Positions 1 through 7,365 of a stretch of DNA of 64,000 nucleotides are shown here, one piece after another (the first letter of the stretch is position 1; each line of letters starts with the position of its first letter). Source of the DNA: a virus (Duplodnaviria; Caudoviricetes); IMG/VR virus record IMGVR_UViG_2873063797_000002. One strand, written 5' to 3'. The position numbers and the translations under genes are program-made. Under the pieces are notes generated by a model that saw only the letters and a program-made list of their open reading frames with translations, made no database searches and was not told the origin of the DNA.

Positions 1-1
1 C

Positions 2-1519
2 GGCCCGGATGCCGGGGGCCGATGGAAGTTCACGCGAGAGCAAGCGCGAACGGTTATGCGCTGGTACGAGATAGACGACAGCGGCGCATTCGTCTACCGA
101 CAGGGAACCGTGCGGCGAATCAAGGGTGCCGGTAAGGACCCGTTCGCTGCTGCGCTGTGTGCCTTTGAGTTCGTCGGCCCGTGCCGTTTCGGCGGTTGGG
201 ATGACAGCGGGAATCCGGTTGGAATTCCTCACCCCGCCGCATGGGTTCAGGTCGCCGCTACTTCCAAGGATCAGGCGCAGAACACAATGGCGCTTTTCCC
301 TGGCATGTTCTCTAAGTCGGCCCTTATCGCGTACGGAATCGACCTCGGTAAGGAGATCATTTACAGCGGGACGGGTGGACGGATTGAAGCCGTTACCGCA
401 TCGGCCCGAGCGCTGGAAGGTCGCCGCGCCACTTTCACGCTGATGAACGAAACCCAACATTGGGTCAAGTCCAACGGCGGCCACGACATGGCAATGACCA
501 TTGCCGGAAACGTGGCTAAGTCTCGTGGTGGTGGTGCTCGCACACTGGAGATCACAAACGCCCCGTTGCCCGGTGAAGACTCGGTAGCGGAGCGCACGTT
601 TCACGCGTGGTCCAAGCTGCGCGATAAGGGTTCGGATATTCCCCGTCAGGCTGGCACCTATTACGACTCCGTAGAGGCTCCGGCATCAGTGGAGCTAGGC
701 AACCGGGAATCTCTCCGCGCTGGCATCATCGCTGCCCGAGGTGACGCCGATTGGCTAGACGTTGACTGGATCATTTCCACGATCTACAGCGGCACGTATC
801 CCGCGTACCAGTCCCGTCGAATGTTCCTCAATCAGCTAGTGACCGATGAGGATTCCCTCATTTCGCCGGTTGCTTGGGATGCCCTCGCAGTCTCGGACAG
901 CATCCAAGAGGGCGACCGAATCACGCTCGGGTTCGATGGTGGAAAGACCGACGACGCAACAGCCCTAATCGCCATGCGCGTAACAGACCGGCTGATTGAA
1001 CCGCTCGGCATTTGGGAGCGGCCGGACGGTCCCTCGGGTGAAGGGTGGGAAGTTCCCCGCGATCAGGTGGAGGACGCCGTACACCACGCGTTCGCGCGCT
1101 TCGACGTAGCGGCATTCTTCGCTGACCCCGTGCTATGGGAAGGGCACATTGCCCGCTGGTCCGAGGAGTACCGGGACCGATTCGCTGTACGGGCCTCTAC
1201 GGGCTCCGCAGTGGCCCGACGCATGGACGGCTCGGGCGGACAACAGCGGGAGCTGACAGACGCCAATGCGCGGCTTGTAGCGGCAATCGAGAATGGCCAC
1301 GTCCGGCACACCGGAAACCAGACGCTACGGCGTCACGTCATGAACGCTAAGCGCCGGATCAACCGGTACGGCGTCAGCTTCGGCAAGGAGAATCCCAACT
1401 CCCGCAAGAAGGTGGACGGTTACGCCGCTCTGTTGCTGGCAGACCTAGCGCGTACTCGACTGGCCGAGGCTGGAAAGCTGGAGGTTCCCAAGCGCGACGG
1501 TCGAATGTTCTTCGGATGA
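2..1519 (+). CDS. terL: Phage terminase large subunit (5'-partial)
   Basis: Frame open from position 2 (GPDAGGRWKFTREQ); LMNETQHW Walker B region; GFDGGKTDDATAL nuclease motif; KVDGYAALLLA C-terminal motif. Confidence 0.9.
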   Translation, partial: GPDAGGRWKFTREQARTVMRWYEIDDSGAFVYRQGTVRRIKGAGKDPFAAALCAFEFVGPCRFGGWDDSGNPVGIPHPAAWVQVAATSKDQAQNTMALFPGMFSKSALIAYGIDLGKEIIYSGTGGRIEAVTASARALEGRRATFTLMNETQHWVKSNGGHDMAMTIAGNVAKSRGGGARTLEITNAPLPGEDSVAERTFHAWSKLRDKGSDIPRQAGTYYDSVEAPASVELGNRESLRAGIIAARGDADWLDVDWIISTIYSGTYPAYQSRRMFLNQLVTDEDSLISPVAWDALAVSDSIQEGDRITLGFDGGKTDDATALIAMRVTDRLIEPLGIWERPDGPSGEGWEVPRDQVEDAVHHAFARFDVAAFFADPVLWEGHIARWSEEYRDRFAVRASTGSAVARRMDGSGGQQRELTDANARLVAAIENGHVRHTGNQTLRRHVMNAKRRINRYGVSFGKENPNSRKKVDGYAALLLADLARTRLAEAGKLEVPKRDGRMFFG

Positions 1520-1546
1520 CCTCCCCGTAACGTTACGGGGTGGTGT

Positions 1547-1587
1547 AACGCCCCTGATGGCTTCCCGCTGTCAGGGGCGTTTTCGTT
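1547..1587 (+). terminator. Rho-independent terminator after terL
   Basis: AACGCCCCTGA/TCAGGGGCGTT 11-bp inverted repeat followed by a T-rich tract. Confidence 0.75.
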
Positions 1588-1679
1588 GCCTTGGATTAAA
1601 AGGCGGGTATCCTCGCCGGCCGTGGGTGCTTGGGGGCCGACTTCCCAGCAATACCAAGGGTTTTCGGCACCTTCGATTC

Positions 1680-2696
1680 TTAGGCTGCTTCGACCGCTCG
1701 GCGCAAAGCGTCCTTGTGTTCCCACGACCAAGGGGCGTCGCGCAGTTCCTCGGGCAAGCCAGCGAGACCGGTCCTCAAATGGTCGGCCGCCTCGCTGTAT
1801 CTGCCGAGTGCGAGAGTGGCTAGCCCCATGTTCAGTCGGTTGAAACTCGGGGTGAGCCAATACGCGGTTGCCGGTGGCGGGAGCGCTGCGGCTTTATCCA
1901 TGAGCTTTTCCGCCTGCTCCACAGTCCGCAGCGCTGCGTCTGCGTCGCCCAACTCCGCGAGTCCGGCCGCTGATTGCAGGTAGTCACCGATTCGCTGTGC
2001 GGGGTGCGCGCCGGGGGTATTCGCCGCTGCACCGAACCAGCGGGCAATTCCTTGGGGTCGCCCCTGCTGTCGCGCAATGTAGCCCTTGAAATTGAGGGCC
2101 TGCGCGGCAAGGGTTCCGTTTCCTGTCTCGTCGGCAAGTTCCACGGCGTCATTCAAGAGCCGTACGCCGTCCTTGTATTCGCGCGTTTGTGCGAATAGCC
2201 ATCCTGCGAACTGGACCCATTCTGACGCTACGTCAGAAAGTCGGTCCCTTTGCGGGCCGCGCGCTTCCTTGAGCATCCGCGTAACCTCCCGCATTTGCGT
2301 CATGGTCGCCGGAATGACGCTGCGCGGGGGTGCTGTGTCGTCTAGGCGGCGGTATGCGGCCAGTACGCCAGCGAGAGCGTCAACGGTTCCGGCGTCCAGT
2401 CGAGAGGGATTCTCAGCGCTGCGTGCCACGCGTTCCGCGTCGTCCTCCCCGAGCAGTGTTCCGGCCAATGCGCCACCGGCACCAACGAGGGAATCCAGCG
2501 CGTGAGCGAGGTTTTCCGACGGGCGCTGTTTGCCGTTGAGGACACGCGAGAGGTATGCCGGGTCATAGTGCATTTCCCGTGCTGCGGCTTTCATCGAATA
2601 TCCGGCGTCGCGGAGTGCACGGCGGGCAAGGTCAGGGAAGTCGTCACGCATTGCGAACCTCTGGGGGTTGACCGGCTGTGCATCCAGATTAGTCAA
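1680..2696 (-). CDS. XRE-family HTH regulator with a helical/TPR-like C-terminus
   Basis: GYSMKAAAREMHYDPAYLSRVLNGKQRPS is a typical XRE HTH; resembles Streptomyces mobile-element regulators. Confidence 0.85.
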   Translation of the reverse strand: MTNLDAQPVNPQRFAMRDDFPDLARRALRDAGYSMKAAAREMHYDPAYLSRVLNGKQRPSENLAHALDSLVGAGGALAGTLLGEDDAERVARSAENPSRLDAGTVDALAGVLAAYRRLDDTAPPRSVIPATMTQMREVTRMLKEARGPQRDRLSDVASEWVQFAGWLFAQTREYKDGVRLLNDAVELADETGNGTLAAQALNFKGYIARQQGRPQGIARWFGAAANTPGAHPAQRIGDYLQSAAGLAELGDADAALRTVEQAEKLMDKAAALPPPATAYWLTPSFNRLNMGLATLALGRYSEAADHLRTGLAGLPEELRDAPWSWEHKDALRRAVEAA

Positions 2697-2744
2697 CCTC
2701 GGTCAACTCCCGCGTGACCATTGCAATTCCCGATCATGGTCCGC

Positions 2745-2942
2745 ATGACCAAGCCGAGGACGTACCCCACTGCGCCGGTTGAACTCCCCATGAGGGAAGC
2801 GGAGTTGGAGCCGGTGCCGGTCGAAGGCTGCGCAGGATGCGCCGAGTTGGACAAGGTCCGGGCCCGTGCGCGTGTGGTCAACGATCAGGCGACGATCACC
2901 GACGCCAATGTGTTGCTGCGACGGCACCCCGATGGTCACTGA
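2745..2942 (+). CDS. Small CxxC...RHP protein divergent from the XRE gene
   Basis: PVPVEGCAGCAEL...TDANVLLRRHP; homologous to 63788-64000. Confidence 0.65.
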   Translation: MTKPRTYPTAPVELPMREAELEPVPVEGCAGCAELDKVRARARVVNDQATITDANVLLRRHPDGH

Positions 2943-3129
2943 CAAGGACGTGGGCCAGCGGGTCAAGGACAGCGCGGGAAGGGTCGGCATCCTGCGCGCT
3001 GTACTCACCGATTGGGAGGACCCGGCCAAGCTGCCGCCGGACCGCCGCAAACAGACCCTCGCTTTCCTCTGGCCAGAGGGGGGCGGACGGGAGTGGACGG
3101 CCCCGCCTCGCGCTGTGGAGCGCATCTAG
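2932..3129 (+). CDS. Small hypothetical protein (SH3-like) of the XRE cassette
   Basis: ATG overlaps the upstream stop; VGQRVKDSAGRVGIL...GGREW. Confidence 0.6.
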   Translation: MVTDKDVGQRVKDSAGRVGILRAVLTDWEDPAKLPPDRRKQTLAFLWPEGGGREWTAPPRAVERI

Positions 3130-3503
3130 TTTCCGCAGGTCAGAGGTACTTCGGGGGGTGTACAACACGCCTCGGCGCGCTGGTAGCAGTCGACGTTCGT
3201 GCCCATCGCGACGTGCTCGCCCTGCCAGCGGTGCGAGGCCAGCTGGCGGCGCAGCAGCTCGGGCGCGTTCACCTTCACGACGATCTGGGAGTCGAAGCCG
3301 AGTCCCGTGTCGAGGTCCAGGTAGCTGTGCGTCTTGCGGGCGAAGCAGTACACGCACGCGTGCGTGCAGCCCCGGTACGGGTTCACGGTCCATTCGAACG
3401 GCATCCGCGAGGCGCCCGGCACCCGGTTGAGGATCGAGCGGGCCCGCACCTCGTGGAAGGTGATGCCGCGGAACTCGGGTGTGTCGGTTCTGTCATCTAA
3501 CAC
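3126..3503 (-). pseudogene. Internal fragment of a host Rv2578c-family radical SAM gene
   Basis: DTPEFRGITFHEVRARSILNRVPGASRMPFEWTVNPYRGCTHACVYCFAR with the CxxxCxxC motif; family-like sequence stops at YQRAE and is replaced by 14 unrelated codons; native N-terminus absent. Confidence 0.9.
3130..3175. other. Putative att junction of the left element
   Basis: Host-like codons end at CAG CGC GCC GAG G (minus strand, 3170); the sequence beyond is non-homologous. Confidence 0.7.
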
Positions 3504-3515
3504 GCATCAGAGCCT
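3478..3515. other. Putative att junction of the right prophage
   Basis: Host similarity starts near GAC ACA CCC GAG, about 40 bp upstream of the integrase start, as with phiC31 attP-int. Confidence 0.75.
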
Positions 3516-3528
3516 CTATCATGGGGCC

Positions 3529-5061
3529 ATGACGCCAACTGACGTCCCAGCGACGTCCCGCCCGCGGAAGCGTGCGAGCCTCTACGCCAGGCTGTCCGTC
3601 GCTGCCGACGCTGAGAACCTGTCACTCGACGGCATGATCCGCGACATGCGCGCACTGTGTGACCGTGAGGGCTTCGAAGAGGTTGCCCTACACATCGACG
3701 ATGGTAGGTCGGGTGGACGCCGGGACAGGGACGAATTCCAAGCCTGGCTGAACGACGCACGCACAGGCGCCTGCGACGTCCTCGTCAACCCTGTGACCGA
3801 CCGGCTCACCCGTGAGGGCCTGAACGTCGCAGCGACGATTCTGGACGTCGTGGAGGGCAAGGACCCGGCAACCGGCAGGCTCGCACACCCGCCTGTACGG
3901 CTCATCGACTGCAACGGGCTCGACAGCTTGCACGGTGACGCGTTCCGCTTCCGCTTCGTCATTCAAGCGGAGGTGGGACGGGCGGAGCGGGAACGTATCC
4001 GGTCCCGCTCCCGAAAGCGGGCACGCAACCTCCGTCGCGCCGGCCGATGGGGAGGTGGGACGCCGCCCTTCGGGTACAGGGCGATAGCCAACCCTGACGG
4101 ACCTGGCTGGGTGCTCGACGTGGAGCCGAAAGAAGCGAAAGCCGTACAGGAGGCGGCAGAGGCGGTTCTGAAGAATCCCCCGGACCCGCTGACGCGTGTT
4201 GTACGGCGACTGAATCATCAGGGCGTGCCGCCTCGTCGAGCAAAGGCATGGTCCCGTGTGACGCTGAAGAGGGTGCTCACGGGGGACCACATCTTGGGAC
4301 GCGTCAGTCAGAACGGACGCCTTTTGCGCGACGAGGAGGGGGAAATCCTGGCGCCGTTTCCGGCGGTTCTCTCCCTTAGCCAGGTATCCGCATTGCGCGA
4401 CCGGCTGAAGCCGAAAGGCGGGACGTCGAACGGCGGAGGACATCCCGCGCGGGTGCTTTCCGGCCTTCTCTCTTGCCATTCCTGTCTGTCTGACCTCATC
4501 GTCCATCATGCATCAGTGCGCACGCGTGACGGAAAGCAGAAGGTAGAAGGGAAGCCGCCGAGAGTCTCCTACCGATGCGAGTCGCGAAGCCAGGGCAGGG
4601 TGTGCGAGCAACCCGTGACGGTAACTGCCGGCCCCATTGAGGAATTCGTCGTCAGGCTGTACCTGGACACCGTCGGCAGCTTCCCCATGTACAAGGAGCG
4701 GACGATCGTCTCCGGACTGGAAGAGTTGGCGTCGGTGGAGGAGGAGATCAAGGAAGCGTTGGCGGACCTGGCCACGGCTGCGGACGCAGAGACGTTCGCC
4801 AGGCTGCAGAAGCTCCAGGCACGTCAGGCAGAGCTGTCGACCCGGGACACCGGCCGTCGGTCGGAGATGGTGGCGACGGGCCAGACCATGGCGGAGTTCT
4901 GGGAGGGCGCGCTCATCGACGATCGCCGGGAGCTACTGGAGAGCGCGTTCGATGAACTGATCGTCGGCCCTGGGCGACGGGGGCCGAAGGGGTTCGACCC
5001 CGAGAGGCTCTCGTACCGATGGGCCGAGCGGGACGATGTGGCCTTCCAGGAGAGCATTTAG
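3529..5061 (+). CDS. int: Large serine integrase/recombinase
   Basis: ASLYARLS catalytic Ser motif, DRLTR, recombinase domain, CHSC...CES...C zinc ribbon and coiled coil. Confidence 0.95.
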   Translation: MTPTDVPATSRPRKRASLYARLSVAADAENLSLDGMIRDMRALCDREGFEEVALHIDDGRSGGRRDRDEFQAWLNDARTGACDVLVNPVTDRLTREGLNVAATILDVVEGKDPATGRLAHPPVRLIDCNGLDSLHGDAFRFRFVIQAEVGRAERERIRSRSRKRARNLRRAGRWGGGTPPFGYRAIANPDGPGWVLDVEPKEAKAVQEAAEAVLKNPPDPLTRVVRRLNHQGVPPRRAKAWSRVTLKRVLTGDHILGRVSQNGRLLRDEEGEILAPFPAVLSLSQVSALRDRLKPKGGTSNGGGHPARVLSGLLSCHSCLSDLIVHHASVRTRDGKQKVEGKPPRVSYRCESRSQGRVCEQPVTVTAGPIEEFVVRLYLDTVGSFPMYKERTIVSGLEELASVEEEIKEALADLATAADAETFARLQKLQARQAELSTRDTGRRSEMVATGQTMAEFWEGALIDDRRELLESAFDELIVGPGRRGPKGFDPERLSYRWAERDDVAFQESI

Positions 5062-5083
5062 GTAACGAGTAGATAACACTCAT

Positions 5084-5115
5084 GAGAGCCCCGGAGTCAC
5101 CCCTCCGGGGCTCTC
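5084..5115. terminator. Hairpin after the integrase
   Basis: GAGAGCCCCGGAG/CTCCGGGGCTCTC 13-bp perfect inverted repeat. Confidence 0.7.
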
Positions 5116-5243
5116 GGGCCCTCCCCGCGCCCTCGTCGCCCTCCTCGTCGACGTCGCACAGGCGCCGCGTCCTCCACAGGGGCCTGTGGGTAACTGCGGA
5201 GGGTGAGTGACGGGGTGTAAACTGCTACTCACTGTAGCCGTAG

Positions 5244-5359
5244 TGGTCAGACTGGGTGCCAAAGTGTCGAACTAACCCCTATTTTCAATTTCTTCTAACG
5301 CGCGTCGGTAGAAAATGAAAATAGGGGGTTAGTTTGCATGTTTGACCGCAGTCTGACCA
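5244..5359. repeat. Long AT-rich nested palindrome, copy 1
   Basis: TGGTCAGACTG/CAGTCTGACCA outer arms; AACTAACCCCTATTTTCA/TGAAAATAGGGGGTTAGTT inner arms; centre ACGCGCGT. Confidence 0.9.
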
Positions 5360-5758
5360 GGGGCCTACCAAGATCGTTCCCGCGTCACACTTACGACATA
5401 ACAATAGTAGGAGGGAAGGACGAGGCGACCGCGACGAGTAGCGCGCGGCCCGCTTCCCTCCCCGACGGCCGGCACCGCTCCCGTGCTCCCCGCACTCTCC
5501 TCCGGGTTGAAGCGCGGTTGCAGCGGTCCGGCCGTCCAAGGTTTCCCGTCCGTCAGGCAGCGTGCGCCGGATCTCATCGAGGGTCGGCATGCAGACGCGG
5601 ACGGGGAGGACGTCAAGCGCCGCGGGACCTCTCGCGGAGAGCCTCTGACGCCCGCGCTGTACCGCGAGGCGCCGGGAACGGGGCTACTTGCCGCGGACAG
5701 AGGCCGTAGGGGCGAGGCCCCGTGACGATCAACACCCGGGCCTCACGGTCCGGACGTT

Positions 5759-5831
5759 TCCCCGCTGGTGTAACCGGCAACACGCCCGCCTCTGGAGTGG
5801 GTAGCTACAGGTTCGAATCCTGTGCGGGGAG
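5759..5831 (+). tRNA. tRNA-Gln(CTG)
   Basis: TCCCCGC/GCGGGGA acceptor stem; CCCGC-CTCTGGA-GTGGG anticodon arm; GGTTCGAATCC T arm. Confidence 0.85.
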
Positions 5832-5881
5832 CTGGGGGCGTCCCGTGCGTGACTGATCAGCACGCGCCCGAACGTAGCTGT

Positions 5882-5952
5882 GCGTGGATAGCTCAGTGGC
5901 CGAGAGCACCCGACGCAATCGGGGGACGCGGGTTCAAATCCCGCTCCAATGA
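5882..5952 (+). tRNA. Degenerate tRNA-Cys(GCA)-like gene (possible pseudo-tRNA)
   Basis: Good D and T arms; anticodon loop ACGCAAT lacks U33; acceptor stem needs a bulge to pair. Confidence 0.55.
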
Positions 5953-5992
5953 CGTGCAGCGCTTTCCGACGGCGGGACCCGGACAGCACCCC

Positions 5993-6066
5993 GCCCGCGT
6001 AGGCAAACTGGCAAAGCCGCCCGGTTCAGGCCCGGGAGTCTGGGAGTTCGACTCTCCCCGTGGGTA
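5993..6066 (+). tRNA. tRNA-Leu(CAG) with a short variable loop
   Basis: GCCCGCG/CGTGGGT acceptor stem; CCCGG-TTCAGGC-CCGGG anticodon arm; GGGAG-TTCGACT-CTCCC T arm. Confidence 0.8.
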
Positions 6067-6077
6067 CAGGCAGTCTC

Positions 6078-6149
6078 CGGGACGTAGCCAAGAGGTAAGG
6101 CGCCCGCTTTGGGAGCGGGAGAGCGCGTGTTCGATCCACGCCGTCCCGA
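6078..6149 (+). tRNA. tRNA-Pro(TGG)
   Basis: CGGGACG/CGTCCCG acceptor stem; CCCGC-TTTGGGA-GCGGG anticodon arm. Confidence 0.88.
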
Positions 6150-6156
6150 CACAGCC

Positions 6157-6193
6157 GAAGGGCCCAACCGCAGCCACCCCGGTTGGGCCCTTC
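6157..6193. terminator. Hairpin between the tRNA cluster and the convergent lipoprotein gene
   Basis: GAAGGGCCCAACC/GGTTGGGCCCTTC 13-bp inverted repeat. Confidence 0.7.
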
Positions 6194-6337
6194 TAACCCC
6201 CGCATCGGCGGGGAAAAGGATCACGCTGTGCCCGTAACGCGGGCCACCCCCGCGTCGGCGGGGAGGTGTTGCGTATTCCACGCTAACAGACACGCCCCGC
6301 CCCGGAGGAGAGTTCCCGGGAGCGGGGCGGACGCATT

Positions 6338-6973
6338 TCAGGAGGACGGCAGCTCCACGACGAAAGCCGCTTCCGCGTTCGGATCGTCCGTCCCCGTGTA
6401 GCTGACGGTCCCGCCCTTGGCGGCGACGTCGAGCACCACCTTCCCCGTGACGGACTGACCAGGCTTGTACGTCGTATCCAGGTCCGGACCCTCTCCGACG
6501 CCCTCCAGCGTCGTGGCGTCCTGCGCGGCGTGCTCGGCGTCCTGCCACTCCAGCATCCCGTAGAGCATGACGTCCGCGGGGGCCTGGCCCACGTTCTTCA
6601 GCGTCAACGTCAGCTCCACGTACTGACCGTGCTCCGGCTCGTTCGTCGTGTCGACCTCCGCCGGCGTCACGTACTTCGCACTGACGACAGTGACGGACAT
6701 CTTCGACGTGACCTTGTAGTTCTGGCCGTAGTCGTCCGTCTCGCCGTAGTCCCAAGTCTTCGTCTCACCGACCTTGACGACGGGCGCTTCAGCCGCAGGA
6801 GCGGACGAGGACGGCTCCTCCGACGGAGCATCCGCCGGCTCGACAGAGGCCTCCGCGGCAGGCTCGTTTTTCGACGCCTCCGCCCCGCCTCCGTCATCAG
6901 ACGAGCACCCCGCTACGAGGGCGAAGGACAGGACGACGGCTGGCACCACGGCACGGCGAATGTAGGCGCGCAT
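6338..6973 (-). CDS. Lipoprotein (DUF4352-like), candidate superinfection-exclusion or lysogenic-conversion protein
   Basis: Signal peptide with LVAGC lipobox, PEA-rich linker and Ig-like beta domain. Confidence 0.75.
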   Translation of the reverse strand: MRAYIRRAVVPAVVLSFALVAGCSSDDGGGAEASKNEPAAEASVEPADAPSEEPSSSAPAAEAPVVKVGETKTWDYGETDDYGQNYKVTSKMSVTVVSAKYVTPAEVDTTNEPEHGQYVELTLTLKNVGQAPADVMLYGMLEWQDAEHAAQDATTLEGVGEGPDLDTTYKPGQSVTGKVVLDVAAKGGTVSYTGTDDPNAEAAFVVELPSS

Positions 6974-7057
6974 AGCGCATCCCCCCATGAATCAGTGGCC
7001 TCCCCTGGCCACGCGGAGCCCACAGCGTAAGGCACAGGCGTAGGACGAGGAGGCGCA

Positions 7058-7363
7058 ATGGCGTGGGAAGGAAGCACACGCAGAAGCCGACTCCCCGCGA
7101 ACTGGCCCTCACTTCGACGCCGTGTCCTGCGCAGGGACAAGGGCCTGTGTCAGATGCCCTTCTCTGACGGGCGCTTGTGTGGGGCAGAGGCCACAGACGT
7201 GGACCACATAGAGCCCGGTGACGACCACAGCATGGCCAACCTACAGGCGCTGTGCACGTGGTGCCACGCACGCAAGAGCGCCAGTGAAGGCGGCAAGGCA
7301 GCAGCCCTCACGCGCGTGCGTATGGACCGACCCAAGCCCACACACCCGGCCCTGGAGGACTAG
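7058..7363 (+). CDS. HNH endonuclease (packaging-associated, HK97 gp74-like)
   Basis: LCQ...LCGAEATDVDHI...NLQALCTWCHARK; located upstream of the terminase genes. Confidence 0.9.
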   Translation: MAWEGSTRRSRLPANWPSLRRRVLRRDKGLCQMPFSDGRLCGAEATDVDHIEPGDDHSMANLQALCTWCHARKSASEGGKAAALTRVRMDRPKPTHPALED

Positions 7364-7365
7364 GC

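Larger units (their letters stand above)
1..3170. mobile_element. Right end of a first prophage or satellite-like element (extends left of the window)
   Basis: Terminase, terminator and XRE cassette, ending at an abrupt junction inside the radical SAM gene. Confidence 0.75.

Noticed and set aside
3334-3528. Longer integrase start given by the ORF track
   Set aside because: It would run through the att junction and the host gene fragment; the catalytic domain starts right after the ATG at 3529.
5244-5359. Calling the palindromes protelomerase (telRL) sites outright
   Set aside because: No protelomerase or tyrosine-recombinase gene was recognised in the window, and the phage has a cos/terminase and integrase lifestyle. 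Kept only as a hypothesis.
5381-5755. tmRNA, RNase P or self-splicing intron identity for the pre-tRNA region
   Set aside because: No tRNA-like ends, tag ORF or recognisable conserved cores; left as a generic ncRNA candidate.
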